A DNA stretch of 49,217 bases, filler included, from Catajapyx aquilonaris (Eukaryota), in NCBI GenBank assembly GCA_000934665.2. It is 2 parts of 2 records of this genome, joined end to end, with 100 filler letters (N's around TTAATTAATTAA, not from the genome) between each part and the next. Parts side by side here need not be neighbours in the genome. Positions count along the whole stretch, not along the records: positions 1 to 24,605 come from KZ539360.1; positions 24,706 to 49,217 come from JYFJ02005497.1. One strand, written 5' to 3'. Positions 13,294 through 25,831 of the stretch are shown one piece after another. The position numbers and the translations under genes are program-made. The notes beneath the pieces are model-generated. The model was not told the origin of the DNA, did not search any database, and worked only from the letters and a program-made list of their open reading frames with translations. How positions within the stretch are numbered: position 1 is the first letter of the stretch; every line of letters starts with the position of its first letter.

Positions 13294-14480
13294 GGTGTAT
13301 ATTTAGCAACCCACGAGCTAGAGTGCCCCTGCGCGTCGTGGAAGTTGCACATGCGCACTGCAGAATTTGAGCGAGATTACTCCACAGTATGAATGGTGAC
13401 ACCTCATCACACGACATTTTTCCATAGTATCAGGCCCCATTATATGAACCCTACAAGATGGAAAACGAGCCACGCTTGCAAATGGCTACGAAATGGGGCC
13501 ATTTAAATTAATATTGACTCACCTTCATGCTGGTTTTGAGCCAAAAGCTCCATGAAAAGAAAGTAAGCCTTCGGGGATTGCATTTGGAGCTTCTTCGATT
13601 AAGGAGCGTCTTCTTCCTCACTCGATTTTTCAAAAGCTGAATGACAGGCAGGGAGAGCAAAAATGGGGCGGTACAATTTCCCAACAATAGTCGATTCGTA
13701 GCCGATTCCTATGGGTTTGAAATAGGAGGCTAGAAAGGGGGAAGAGGCATTCCTGCTGTCTAGGAGACTAAAAGGAGTTGGCGTTAATTAAGTTTAGGTT
13801 CCACGCCTCGGTAACGGATGCCATCAGCCCTGACAACTGCACTCCCCCAACCCTTACTCAACATACAGTAGATGGGGGAAGGAGGATAGAGGGAAGAGGG
13901 AAGAGGGGGAGACATTATGGATCATTGTCTGGCCGGAATTTAGCTTGTCACATTACCACCTGGAAATCGCGTTATTGGAGTTATTTGTCACCAACCTCCC
14001 GGACTTGAGGTTGGCTGTCTTGGGCTTAATGAGGGTGGAGGCTACGACAGAGCTTACTTATCCACTTTTTTTTAAGGGAGAGGGTTGACATTTTTTTGGC
14101 GATATCTGACAGGGAGGGTTGAGGGGGGGTAAAAAAAGGGCTTCTTTTAAGCTTGAGTGATGTAGTGGTTCCAATTGATTTTTTTACGGGACGCTTAACT
14201 CTAGCGGAGGTTCTTTTTTTGTCCGGACCTGTTTGTGGACAGACCATAAATTACCGGAGAGGCTGGTTTTGACGATTTTTGCAAAGTTCAAAAGTGCATC
14301 AAAATTGGGGAGGTGGCTGTTTCAAAAATATTTTTTTAGAGAGTGGGCTCCATATACTAGGAACCAAACATGATAAGGCAAGATACCACATGCTTCGAAG
14401 AATTTTGACTTCTGTAGGATTTTATTTTTTTAAGCATGATTATCGTGGAAATGCATAGGACACTTGTTTAGTCATTGTTA

Positions 14481-14481
<1 letters not shown>

Positions 14482-14534
<53 letters not shown>

Positions 14535-14647
14535 TTAGAGATAATAATTGGTAAATAATGAAAATTTTAATACGTACTACTCCTACTACTACGTACTCCT
14601 CCTCCTCCTACTACTACTACTACTACTACGTACTACTCCTCCTCCTT

Positions 14648-14681
<34 letters not shown>

Positions 14682-14700
14682 CACTACTACATGGCTACTG
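14482..14700. repeat. (TTA)n and (CTA/CTC)n microsatellites
   Basis: Direct reading. Confidence 0.92.
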
Positions 14701-17089
14701 CTCCTGCTGCTATTTATACTACTTATTATAATAATTTCACGATAATAAAATAATAATTTTACAATAAGATTATAATTTTGCAACAACAATAAAATACCGG
14801 TAATTTACAACGACAGTAATTTTACACTAATAAAGCATTTATTAATTAAAGATTTATTAATTTTACAGTAATAAAATATTAATTTACAATTTTAACTGGC
14901 AGTAATAAAATATTAATTTACAATAATATCATTTATGCAAGAATTTCTTGCGATATACTCATGATGCTCCAACCCATGCACATTTGAGTACCGCAATAAT
15001 ATTGCTCATGACATACCCGCCTTTCAAACGCGGATGCCAACGATGCCTAGATCTGACCTGAATCAGAAATAAATATAACCATGGAAACCTTTTAAACCGT
15101 TGTTTTCTCCTGTCCCGACCAATTACAGGAGTATACTGCTTTTTTTAAAAAACGTGCAAAAATAAGTGACACGTTACTAGCAAGGAACTTAAGCAAGGTC
15201 TGGTCGTTTGAAACGACAGCTGCAAATGAAAACCAACAAAGTCCATTTTGCCTCGGAGCAACATGGAGTTGCGCAAATAAATTCGCCAAGAGTGACATGC
15301 AAGGGGAGGCCTTAGGCCAAATAAAATTCATAAGAGGAGCTGTGCGAATGCTATTTTCGCGATATACTGCGGCCGTAACTGACTTTTTAACAGCTCGGAA
15401 GCGGTGTAATCAAATAAGAGCAACAATAATTAAGACACTTTAAAGCTGGCGTCAGAGCTAACGTGTAAAGTACGAGAGCCATTTTTTCTCATGGAGTTGC
15501 TACAAAAAACACTTATACTTATTCCACATTATGCTCCCATCTAATATTCTTAAAAACTCGTGATATAATAAAAACAATAAACAACAATGTGTCGGCGATC
15601 CATTTTATGTTGTGACTCTATAAACAGACACAACAAGCCCATGTTAATGTTTGTCGTCATAACTTAACAAGGCATAACTTTCGAATAATTTGTGTACACA
15701 CGCCATCATATTAATTTTATTCAAAAGCAAACTCCAACAAACATCGCATGAAACAACACTCACTCATATAAAGTTTGAATCAAATATTCCTGTCAGCAAC
15801 AATAATTGCGCAATATTATTTTGTGCTGATGTGGTAAATATATTTATATTTAATCTGACAGTTGTATTTAGGACGCGGAAAGCACTGACCTTTTATTAGG
15901 TTAATTGTAAGAGCAATCCGGACAGATTTGCTTTACTGCCTGTTTTACTGTAGTTCTCAGGAATCACAATTCTGGTAGAAAAATTTAAATTATCAAACAT
16001 ATTTGGGCAAAAAAAATTTTTTTTTTCAAAAATGCGTTCCACAGACAGACTTTATAAGTCTTTATAGGACTTTTTTCGATGATAAAAAAGTGTAAAGGCA
16101 CAACTAAAAGCTTCACATGTGCCATTAGTTTTTCACACACATATTCCCTCTTTCCTTAAGTGTCCCCCATATCAATAATGATTTCAACGCCTGTCACCCC
16201 ATATATTTATCAAATTGCATTTGCCCCCGGTAGCGTGAGCGTGAATAATTTGTGCGCACATGCGAGAGAAATCGCTGCACCGGAACAGCTCAGATTCCAG
16301 ATCAACTGTGTTGTATATCCCCCTCCCACATCTACCCCACCTCCAAACACCATATACACACTCTACAAACATTACAAAAAATATATCCCCCCTTGGAGAG
16401 TCCACCACTCGAAAAACAAACAACCAGAAGCAGTTCCCGGATGGGGGCCAAAAGCGGTCTTCAGAGACCTCTGGCTCCATTAGGCTAATTAAGCGGCAAT
16501 TTCCCAGGCCGGGCTTTTGCACCTGTTCTATTACCTATCTCCCCCCTCCTAGTATTTTTTCCCCCCCTTCTACCTACTACGGACTATGGCCCACCGCCCA
16601 ACCGGGAAGGCCGTCACGAAGCTTGATTAATGGCCGGAGTGCGTGCAAGTTCCTCGGGGCCAAGGTGTTGGTTTTTCCCTGGGCCACCAGGGGCGACAAA
16701 CACTCAACATCGGACCCAATTGTATTAAAGTCCAGCAATTCAAGCACACGATTGGTTATATATATAGAGAGAGGGAAAAAAAAACTAGTAGGATTGAAAT
16801 TGAAAAAAAAAATGTGCATATCGACCACTGTTGGAGTTCTTTCAGGAAGAGACATTAGGCATGAGAGGTCACAGCTGGAGGTTTAAAAGTAGGGATGAAA
16901 AATGGATGTCTTGTAAGCATACGGTTGAGACCGTAGGTCAGATACCTGTCGAGGGGATTACAGGATTTTGAGCTGATCTGATCCATTTCTCAGATTCGGA
17001 TTGGCGTGATTTATAGGAGGAAAATGTTTGGAGTCATATTTTGGCTCAAATCCTTCTAAATCATTTGGAGTCAGTTTTTATTCACTCGT

Positions 17090-17650
17090 GATCTATGAAT
17101 AAATATATAAAAAGTAAGAATAATTCCAGGTCCTATTTAATTATTTATTTATATATCGGTTAGGTTCATTCATATATTTTTGTTCATACATTCGTTTATT
17201 TATTCAAATCTATGAATGAATGTAAAAAAGAGAAGGAGTCCAGGTCCTGTTCATTAATTCATTAATTCATTAATTAATTCATTCCTTCATTCCTTCCTTC
17301 CTTCATTCCTTCATTCATTCATTCATCCCTTCATTCATTCATTCCTTCATTCATTCATTCATTCCTTCATTCATTCATTCATTCCTTCATTCATTCATTC
17401 ATTCATTCATTACTCATCTATTCCAATCTATGAGTGAAAGATAATGGGGTCCAGGTCCTATTAATTAATTCATTCACTCATCCATCCATCTATTCATTCC
17501 AATCTATGAGTGAAAGAGAATGAGTCCAGGTCCTATTCATTCATTCATTCATTCATTCATATATTAAATGTTTTGTTTATTTTTAAATTTATTTATTCCA
17601 ATCTCTGAATGAAGGTAAAGTAAGAAAATGAGACCAGATCCTATTCATTC
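17090..17650. repeat. Minisatellite of TCCAGGTCCTATT / AATCTATGA.TGAA units separated by (TTCA)n tracts
   Basis: Motif recurs at ~17125, 17239, 17450, 17526, 17633. Confidence 0.8.
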
Positions 17651-20614
17651 ATTGTTTTAATTATTCTTTAATGAATTAATTCACAATTTATTCCACCAAT
17701 TACATATAGTATGTGTTAACACCCATCTTTTGTGTACAATTCCCTGCAAAAATATTTCATACTGATCGACACGCCCAGTGATGAGTTTGGCAGGGCCTGG
17801 ACTTTAATGCGAAACTATGGCATGATCGGGAATAATCCTAACTCATGTCCGTGACACGAGTCGATTTTCCTAATTGTGTTTCCATTACTGATAGCTCAGC
17901 AGGGACACGCGCTCCGTTTCTATATCACTCATGTGTGTGACCACCAACTAAAAAAGAGAGAGAGAGAGAGTCGAGCTGAGGTCTGCACATGTGTCCATAT
18001 GTACATGCTATATGGTTTTTGGTCCCAGCAGCCCAGCTAGTTTCCGATACGGGTTATCTGCAAGGTAAAAAATGACACCATGAAAAATTATCTCCATTGA
18101 CGTTGATGCTGAGCCTAACGCCGGCGATGATGGCGGTATATTTCACTCCCGGATTTTCGAATCGCATCTCTCGACGCCTCGTAAAGAAAACCAGGGGGGG
18201 CTCCATTGCCAGCCAACCCCGGGTATATGGCAACTCTGCATTTTTATTTCACTTAAATCCTCTCCAAGTTTATATCTCCTGAATCCAGTGGAATCTTGAT
18301 GGGGCTACAGGCGGGAAAAGCCGCATTAAAAATTAGGCTAATATACCGTTGGGATGGGCCAAATGGGGTGTACGTATATGCATGGGTATGGGGAACATTG
18401 CGTACAGTACATGCAGGCTCCAAAAAAATATTTTCTGTGCAAAAATCTGAATTATGCCAACTTTCATCCTGGCATGATGCAACCCAACGAACATGATTTG
18501 CATAAAATCTGGAATTATATCGGAATGAGCTCAACAATTGACTCATACACATATCAAGTGTCCATACTCTCGCATAGGAAGTATTTCATCGCAATTTTGC
18601 ACCGAAAAAGTCAACATCATATGACCATTCAGCGGAATATTCAGGAGCACAAACCCTCCCAATTATTTAGCAGGCCAATCAATGCTCTGGAAACAGCCTT
18701 TTTGGAGCTTGCAACATTAGCCATTCTTTGAAAGTGACAAACGGGCAATTTGCTGGCAATATTATTGGTAATTGTGCACAATACGTTTTGGGAGCAATTA
18801 CAGGTCGCAGCTCTTTTGTCTCTTGTTTTTTTTTATCCATACTGTTTGTTCCCCTCTCGAAATGCAACAAAAAGCGTTGACCAAACCCCCCCTTTTTTCA
18901 CAACAAATATTGCGAATGCGGTTATGGTAATGTATTAGACAGACAATGAAGTATTTATTGCCAGCGCACCGATTATGTGGTGGGGTTAACGATCCGGCGA
19001 ACGTATTTAACTTCCCCAACCCATGGCTTGCCTGGTGAGGTTTTGGAAATTGCCCTTCTAACTACTTGCTGGGGCTGCGTGATAAGTCAATGGGACGCGG
19101 TATAAATACCGGGCCTGGAATTTGCAAAATGCGAGGAGAGAAAGGGAAACATACGATATTGTTTGTGTTTGTTTCCTCTCCAGAGTAGGTTTTGTATACA
19201 CACTCTTAGGACTGGTTCCAAATGGTAAGTGGAAAATATCCAGTTGCACATGGAATAGGTGATATGTATTTCCAATCAGAAATAGGAAATGTCAGTCATT
19301 TAGGTGATTTGGGACCGGTTGTATTTATGTTTTAATTTTAGCTCAGTTATTATTTTAGGTCGTTTATTTTCCATTCATTAATTTGTAATTTAATTTTTGG
19401 TTAATTTCTAATGAATTTATTTCCATTTACCTATTTAATACATTTATTTCAATTTATTTAATGAATTTTTGCCATTTGTCAATTTTTAATTAATTGTCCA
19501 ATTTTAAATTTTTATCTATTTTCCATTTATTAATTTTGAATTGATTTATTCTCCATATATATAAACTATAAATTTTCAATTGATTTTTCCCCTTTTTAAC
19601 ATATTTTTCGTTAATTTATTTTTCATCTTTTAAATTTTTAGTTGATTTATTTTCCATTTTTCAATTTTTCAATTTATTGGTTAATGTTTTAGTGAAGTTA
19701 TTTCCATTTACTTATTTCAATGAGCTTATTTCTGTTAGTAATTCTCAAATTAGGTTCAATTTTTTAAATTTCAAATTGTTTTCCAATTATTTATTTTATT
19801 TTATGTTCCACCCATCGATATGTAGTTAATTTATTTTTTATTAATTTTTTTACTCTGCTTAATATTCGTTATTAGTTAAAAATAATAGCTGGAAAATTTC
19901 AAACTTTTCCAATGAAAGCCTAAGTGTGCGGGGAAGAATCCGCTGAACAAACTGGCTTCAGATGGCAGCACTCTGGACGTGCCACCTAGCGACATCCATC
20001 AGAACCTGGCCATTACACCGTGATCACCCTCGATTCAAAAAGTAAAACTGGTAGCAAGCAATATAGCCTAATATTCAAGTCGCATATTTCGAATATGACT
20101 CAGGAATAATCCGTATAAAAAAGTTAGGAACAAATTTTAGGAAGATATGAAGATGCTAGAATTTTCGGATTTCATGGGCCAGGAAACACTTCCCAGAGCT
20201 GGGTATTAAAAATTCTGGACGTAAATTTTACCCTGATCACCCATAAAAATATTGCTGCGTCGTAACTCCCACCGGATCCTGAGTTTTAGTGCCTGCTCCC
20301 TCCCCTCTCTTTTTTGTCACTGGGGAACTATTTTTATGTGTATTAAATTTTTACAAGGTATGATCGGTTTTGTCCGGGGACGAATCATAAAAATGGTGAT
20401 AACTGTAAATTTCATCTTGGAATTTATTTGCCTCGCCTGTAATGCCGAGAAAATGTGGGCGGAGATAATGAAGTCAATTAAAGAGTGATATCATTTTTAT
20501 CTACTTGTCTACACTCGCTTCGGGAAGGAACCTAGGTCGTGACTTTTGACCGTGAGATGTCAGGTTCGTTGTGATGGTCCAATAGGATGCAAGGCAGCAA
20601 CCCAGCCTCACCAA

Positions 20615-21330
20615 AGACTACCAAGTTCTAGCCTCTCTCCAGGTCACCTGACCACGTTCTAGGCTTTCCCCAGACTACCTTAGGACTGACCAAGATGTAG
20701 TCTCTCCCAGGTCACCTTATTATTGACCACGTTCTAGCGTCTCCCCAGGCTACCTTCTGACTGACCACGTTCTACTCTCTCCCCAGGCTACTTTAGGACT
20801 GGCCCCGTTCTAGCCTTTTTCCAAGCTACCTTAGGACTGACCGCATTCTAGCCCAGGCTACTTTAGGACTGACTACGTTCTAGCCTTTTCCCAAGCTACC
20901 TTAGGACTGACCAGGTTCTAGCCTTTTTCCAAGCTACCTTAGGACTGACCGCATTCTAGCCCAGGCTACTTTAGGACTGACTACGTTCTAGCCTTTTCCC
21001 AGGCTACCTTAGGACTGACCACGGACTAGCCTCTCCCCAGGCTACCTTAGGACTGACTACGTTCTAGCCTTTTCCCAAGCTACCTTAGGACTGACCGCAT
21101 TCTAGCCCAGGCTACTTTAGGACTGACTACGTTCTAGCCTTTTCCCAAGCTACCTTAGGACTGACCACGTTCTAGCCTCTCTCTAGGCTACCTTAGGACT
21201 GACCGCATTCTAGCCCAGGCTACTTTAGGACTGACTACGTTCTAGCCTCTCTCTAGGCTACCTTAGGACTGACCAAGTTCCAGCCTTACCACAGGTTACC
21301 TGACCTGCTGACCAAGTTCAATCCTCTCCC
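20615..21330. repeat. ~33-41-bp GC-balanced tandem repeat with alternating unit variants
   Basis: GCTAC(C/T)TTAGGACTGAC....TTCTAGCC units, more than 15 copies. Confidence 0.93.
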
Positions 21331-22625
21331 AAGGTCCAAATAAAACACAAGAAACAACATGATGATATCCTCATCATAATTATGGATTTAATATATATAA
21401 TACACCTGAATAGTACAGTATCTTCAAACAGACACTTCTGTACACACGATGATGAGCAAATGACATCAACTGAAACAAAAGTGACCAAGCCCACCCATCA
21501 TTAGTCATCCGCCTCAAAACCTCACTGCCAATCATGGCTCCCGTCACCAGAAATTTTAACAGCCATTTCTCACGCAATATCCCACCCAATTTTATGTACT
21601 GACACGCCATAATTGTTCAAAAACATCATGTTTTACACATGTTCTCTTTCCCCTCTAGCGCACCACCATTTTCATGTCCCCAACACTTGAAGCTGCCTCT
21701 TTTTCCTCGATAAATCTTGCAGCTCTTGGTAGTGTCTAGAGACTTTTGGAGGATAGACCTTAAAAAAAAGAGTATGTACCAGGGTTAGGATGAAATATGA
21801 AGGAGTCGGGACCAGGGCGATAAGACGAGATTGGGGGGTAGGGTGTTTCTGAGGGGGAAGTTTGACCATTAGTCCGGAAGCAGGTGGGAAGTTTGAAGGA
21901 GTTATTGGGATCAAGAGACAACCCGATGAAGTCAAAGTGCCTCCGGGAAGGAACCTTTTCCACCTGTCCCTTGACTCCAGCAAGCCCTGGCTCTATGGAT
22001 TTATGAAGAGAGATGTCCCCGGGCAAACCTTCACCTCTCTTCTCTCTCTCTCCCTCTCTCTCTCCTTCTCTCTCCCTCTTTACCTTTTCGCCCATCACCT
22101 CCAGGCTGTTCATTTGCATACATAGAGAGAGGCAGGCAAGGCTGCGTCTCAAAATGTGGGGCAGGATTCCTTTCTCTTCTCCTGCCGCCAGCTACTTGCC
22201 GCCCTTTATTAAATGCCTAGAATAGCGTAGTGTTCAGATAGCCACATGATGGTGCACCCAGTAGTACCTTAAACCACCGCTACTGATATGTTGCCAACGA
22301 GGGTTTAACAACTGACATTTAAAAAAAAAAAGTTGATATAAGGTTGCGACAGTGACTCGTTGACCCTTTAAATTGATAGAAATGAGTTAGTTGAACACGA
22401 ATTTTTAAAGAATGTTGTAATTGCATTAGAGTTTTTATTATGTGTGGAGCATGTAAATTAATAATTGATTGAGGAACAGACGAAGGTTCAATGTTTACTA
22501 TTTACTAAGTTGTTATATTCAAAAACTATGTAAAGACGCACTAGGTACGGGTTAAACTCTCTTTGTAGTGTTATACTTGAATTTACATTAGGTTATTTAT
22601 TGAATTTATTGCATTCGTTGAATTT

Positions 22626-22823
22626 ATCGAAATCAGTGAATTGTCGAAATCAGGGAATTTGTCGAAATCAGGGAATTTGTCGAAATCAGTGAATTTGTCG
22701 AAATCAGTGAATTTGTCGAAATCAGTGAATTTGTGGAAATCAGTGAATTTGTGGAAATCAGTGAATTTGTGGAAATCAGTGAATTTGTCGCAATCAGTGA
22801 ATTTGTCGAATTCAACGAATTTG
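22626..22823. repeat. 18-bp tandem repeat
   Basis: GT(C/G)GAAATCAG(T/G)GAATTT, about 10-11 copies. Confidence 0.95.
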
Positions 22824-24164
22824 TGAGTAGGCCTATAGTCATTATCAAAACCAGGCTACCTTCTTCGGTAGGCTATGGTACGAACCTTCAGAAAACATGA
22901 AATATTTTATTGAATTTATATTATTTATTGAGAATTTATTATTCTACTATTTTATAGATAAATGGCGTTATGGATTTATTTTTAATTTTTGAGAATCAAT
23001 TAAATTAATTCTAACTGTAGGATGGCTCAACATCAGTTGTGAGGAGAAATGGACATTACAGACGCAATGAAATGGGCATGAAACGGGTATGAAGATCCAA
23101 GTAGTGACCAAATACCCTATAGAAGACTCTTTGACCTCCGATTTTCCAGGCTGCTCACCCCCACCATGCACGTGGGATTTCCCGATTTAAACGCTTTCAG
23201 GTGGTGTTTTGCCCCCGCATGGTGTCGGCGGGGATAACCGAATTTGGTCCCTGCAAAATTGCATCTGCCTGGTCTTTTGTGCCCAAGGCGTCAATCCATA
23301 CCCTCTTTTGCCACTGCTTACACTCGAATTTCCCCACCCACTTAACACCCCAGCCTATAGACGACTACAGGGCGCCTATAGCCACAGCCTAGATTTTATT
23401 TTAAACACCCTTGTTGCACAGTCCAATATTCCTTATTGCTTAATGAAACATGGCCGTAAGTAGGGGGTTGTTTATCGGTGAAGTACATTTATTGAGGGTT
23501 CATGAGAGGTGTTATTACATAGTTACGAGTGCTCTTATCTGGCGCTGAGATTGTTGACCGGGGGAAAATAAAGGCAAGGCCCCTCAGGAGCAAGTGAGGG
23601 GTCATATAAATGCATGCAGGCCATATTTGCCACTTTTATCGTACCCAAAGTTCCATAAAATGAGCTGCTCTCTACTTATGTATGGAATTTTAGAAAGGGG
23701 TGTCCAGAAGTCGAAGGTTTTTTTTTTTGGTCACAGAAAGCTGCCTAATTCTTATACAGACCATAATAGTGTACTTACAGACCATTGAATTGAACCTAAT
23801 ATTGCATGAATTATTGAAATACTGGTTATCATCTGTTCATGTTCACAATCATGCAGCAGAGTACTGTACGTTCTTCGCACTGCCTGTTTCCATGGCAATG
23901 TAATCAGCAACAACCAATCATTGTTTTTTGACGATATGGTAACCCGTTGCCACCGACAAACAAACAAACAAAATAAATAAACAACCAACCAACCAACCAA
24001 CCAAATACACAAACAAATAAAAAATAAGCAATAAAGAGTAAAATAAACGAATCAACGAACAAATGGTAAAATAAATAAATTGTAAAATAAATATTTATTT
24101 TACTATTTATTTTGTCATTTATTTTTCTATTTATTTGATTATTTATTTATTTTTTATTTATCAT

Positions 24165-24392
24165 ACCCCGTGCTGGAGCCTTTGGCTCCCTTAGGGGGGT
24201 GGATTACCACCATTGGATGGGACCAGGGATAGGGAAGGAAGGAAGCGGCTGTGGCCTATTTTTACGGAAACGACCCCAGAATTGTCCTGGGGGGACCATG
24301 GAAAACCACAGAAAACCATGGTCAGGGTCGCCGTCCCCGAGATTCGAACCCAGGCCCGATTAGCAGGCGGGCTCCTTATCCCCTACACCAAC
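24165..24392 (-). mobile_element. tRNA-derived SINE, family B
   Basis: GGTGTAGGGGATAAG A-box-like, GGTTCGAATC B box, then GGTTTTCTGTGGTTTTCC...CCAGG...AATAGGCCACAGCCGCTTCCTTCC, a body resembling from memory arthropod SINEs; A-rich tail downstream. Confidence 0.75.
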
Positions 24393-24605
24393 CTGCTTGG
24401 GTTTATTTATTTTACTATAAAATAAATAAAATGGACAATTAATAAACAAATAGAAAATATTCCCTTATAACTTACGTACATATTTATGTAAGAGAATCAT
24501 ACTAATTTTATGATATTGGTGTGATCATTTTGAGCCAATATCTCCTGGTGATCTTGTTATGAAACCTTTCCACCTGACAGCTTATTGTGGCTCACTGGCT
24601 ATGTA

Positions 24606-24705
24606 NNNNNNNNNNNNNNNNNNNNNNNNNNNNNNNNNNNNNNNNNNNNTTAATTAATTAANNNNNNNNNNNNNNNNNNNNNNNNNNNNNNNNNNNNNNN
24701 NNNNN
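24606..24705. other. Artificial contig join
   Basis: 44 N + TTAATTAATTAA (24650-24661, stops in all six frames) + 44 N. Confidence 0.95.
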
Positions 24706-25115
24706 TGACGCGTTGTTTACGTGAGGGCCCGCTCTGATTGGTCCGCGGCGTCGACGAGAACTAAAACCAAAACCGTCGACGGCCTGTGTGCATAACCAGG
24801 GACACTAAAATATTTTACGACCAATTTGTCCCTCTTACACTGTCTTGTTACATGTCCTAATACGATCTGACAAACACTTCAATATGAAACCTTGTGAAAA
24901 TAATTACCTATAGGGACATCAGCTTTACGAATGTGCATATCGTGTCGGATACTTACTCCCTTCATACAATAAAATGGAAATATGATATACCAAAAATTGT
25001 GACATTTCACTTTAATTGCTCTCATGCACTATTAGACCTGGTGCTTGAGCAGCACTGGTTTTACAGCAATTTACAGATTCCCAAGCTGGCGGGGTTGTCC
25101 CTTCTAGGCTACTTC

Positions 25116-25542
25116 CACCACCCAACAGCCCCTGGCGTGTGGCCCTCTCGCGAGTCCAGTCCCCTTTATGCGTCTCCCTAAGCTGGCCACGACCCACGGG
25201 CAGGGCGAGCAGCACTCAGGGGCGGCCCCGGGGGCCAGTTCGCCCCCTGTAAACAACCACTAACCTTGCTCAGGTCTAGGAAAGGCTGCAACGAGGCCTA
25301 TTTGGGCCACGTGCTGCTCACGTCGACTTGTACAGCGCATGCGTCAACACGTTCGATCCTAGAGCCAATCAGGGTGGTCGTTGGAGAGCGGAAATTTACA
25401 TGTGCCATTTCATCAACGAATGCGCATGCGTATGAAGTATGCTACTGCCTGATTGGCTGGTCAATTGGGGTGCTTGGTATGTGTAAATGGTAATTGAAAG
25501 TACGTAGGGGGAGGGGTCACTTTATGCGGTGTTGCCACATTC
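25116..25542 (-). repeat. Second, diverged direct copy of the promoter/first-exon unit at 33358-33799
   Basis: Aligns by eye from CACCACCCAACAGCCCC to GTTGCCACATTC; same CCAAT, GCGCATGCG, ATTTACAT, CACGTG and GTTAGT elements retained. Confidence 0.92.
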
Positions 25543-25682
25543 TCCCCGATGGCTGCTGCTTGAAAAAAAAAAATGAAACTGTAGAAATCTGATGATTCTG
25601 ATTGTGTGGAATATATTGTAATCTGGGAAAGAAATGGTACAATAATGGATGAGTCACATTCCAATAGTATGACCCACTGCTT

Positions 25683-25831
25683 TTACTCTCTCACACTTGT
25701 ACGGATATATATGCCACACTCTGAATCAGAACCACAGGAGGACTCGCTCTCCTCAGAATCTGAACTGTCCGATTGTGAACCACTCTCGCTGTCCGATCCT
25801 GATGATTCTTCTTCACTACACTCTCCGATCA
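25683..25831 (-). CDS. UBTF: Probable terminal exon: Ser/Glu/Asp-rich acidic tail
   Basis: tttctttgcag acceptor; IGECSEEESSGSDSESGSQSDSSDSEESESSCGSDSECG...RE* is open only in phase 1, but the preceding strong donor is phase 0. Confidence 0.6.

Noticed and set aside
12681..13392. Long hydrophobic ORFs (149-218 aa)
   Set aside because: Translations of AT-rich low-complexity repeat.
13523..13636. 114-nt exon-like segment on the minus strand (cag|LLKNRVRKK...KTSMK|gtgagt)
   Set aside because: Splice signals and an open frame are present, but there is no recognisable domain or partner exon.
16160..16886. 208-aa ORF and overlapping ORFs
   Set aside because: No recognisable domain or exon structure; likely chance.
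17090..22823. Repeat arrays at 17.1-17.6, 20.6-21.3 and 22.6-22.8 kb as CRISPR arrays
   Set aside because: No unique spacers, no cas genes, spliced eukaryotic context; they are tandem repeats.
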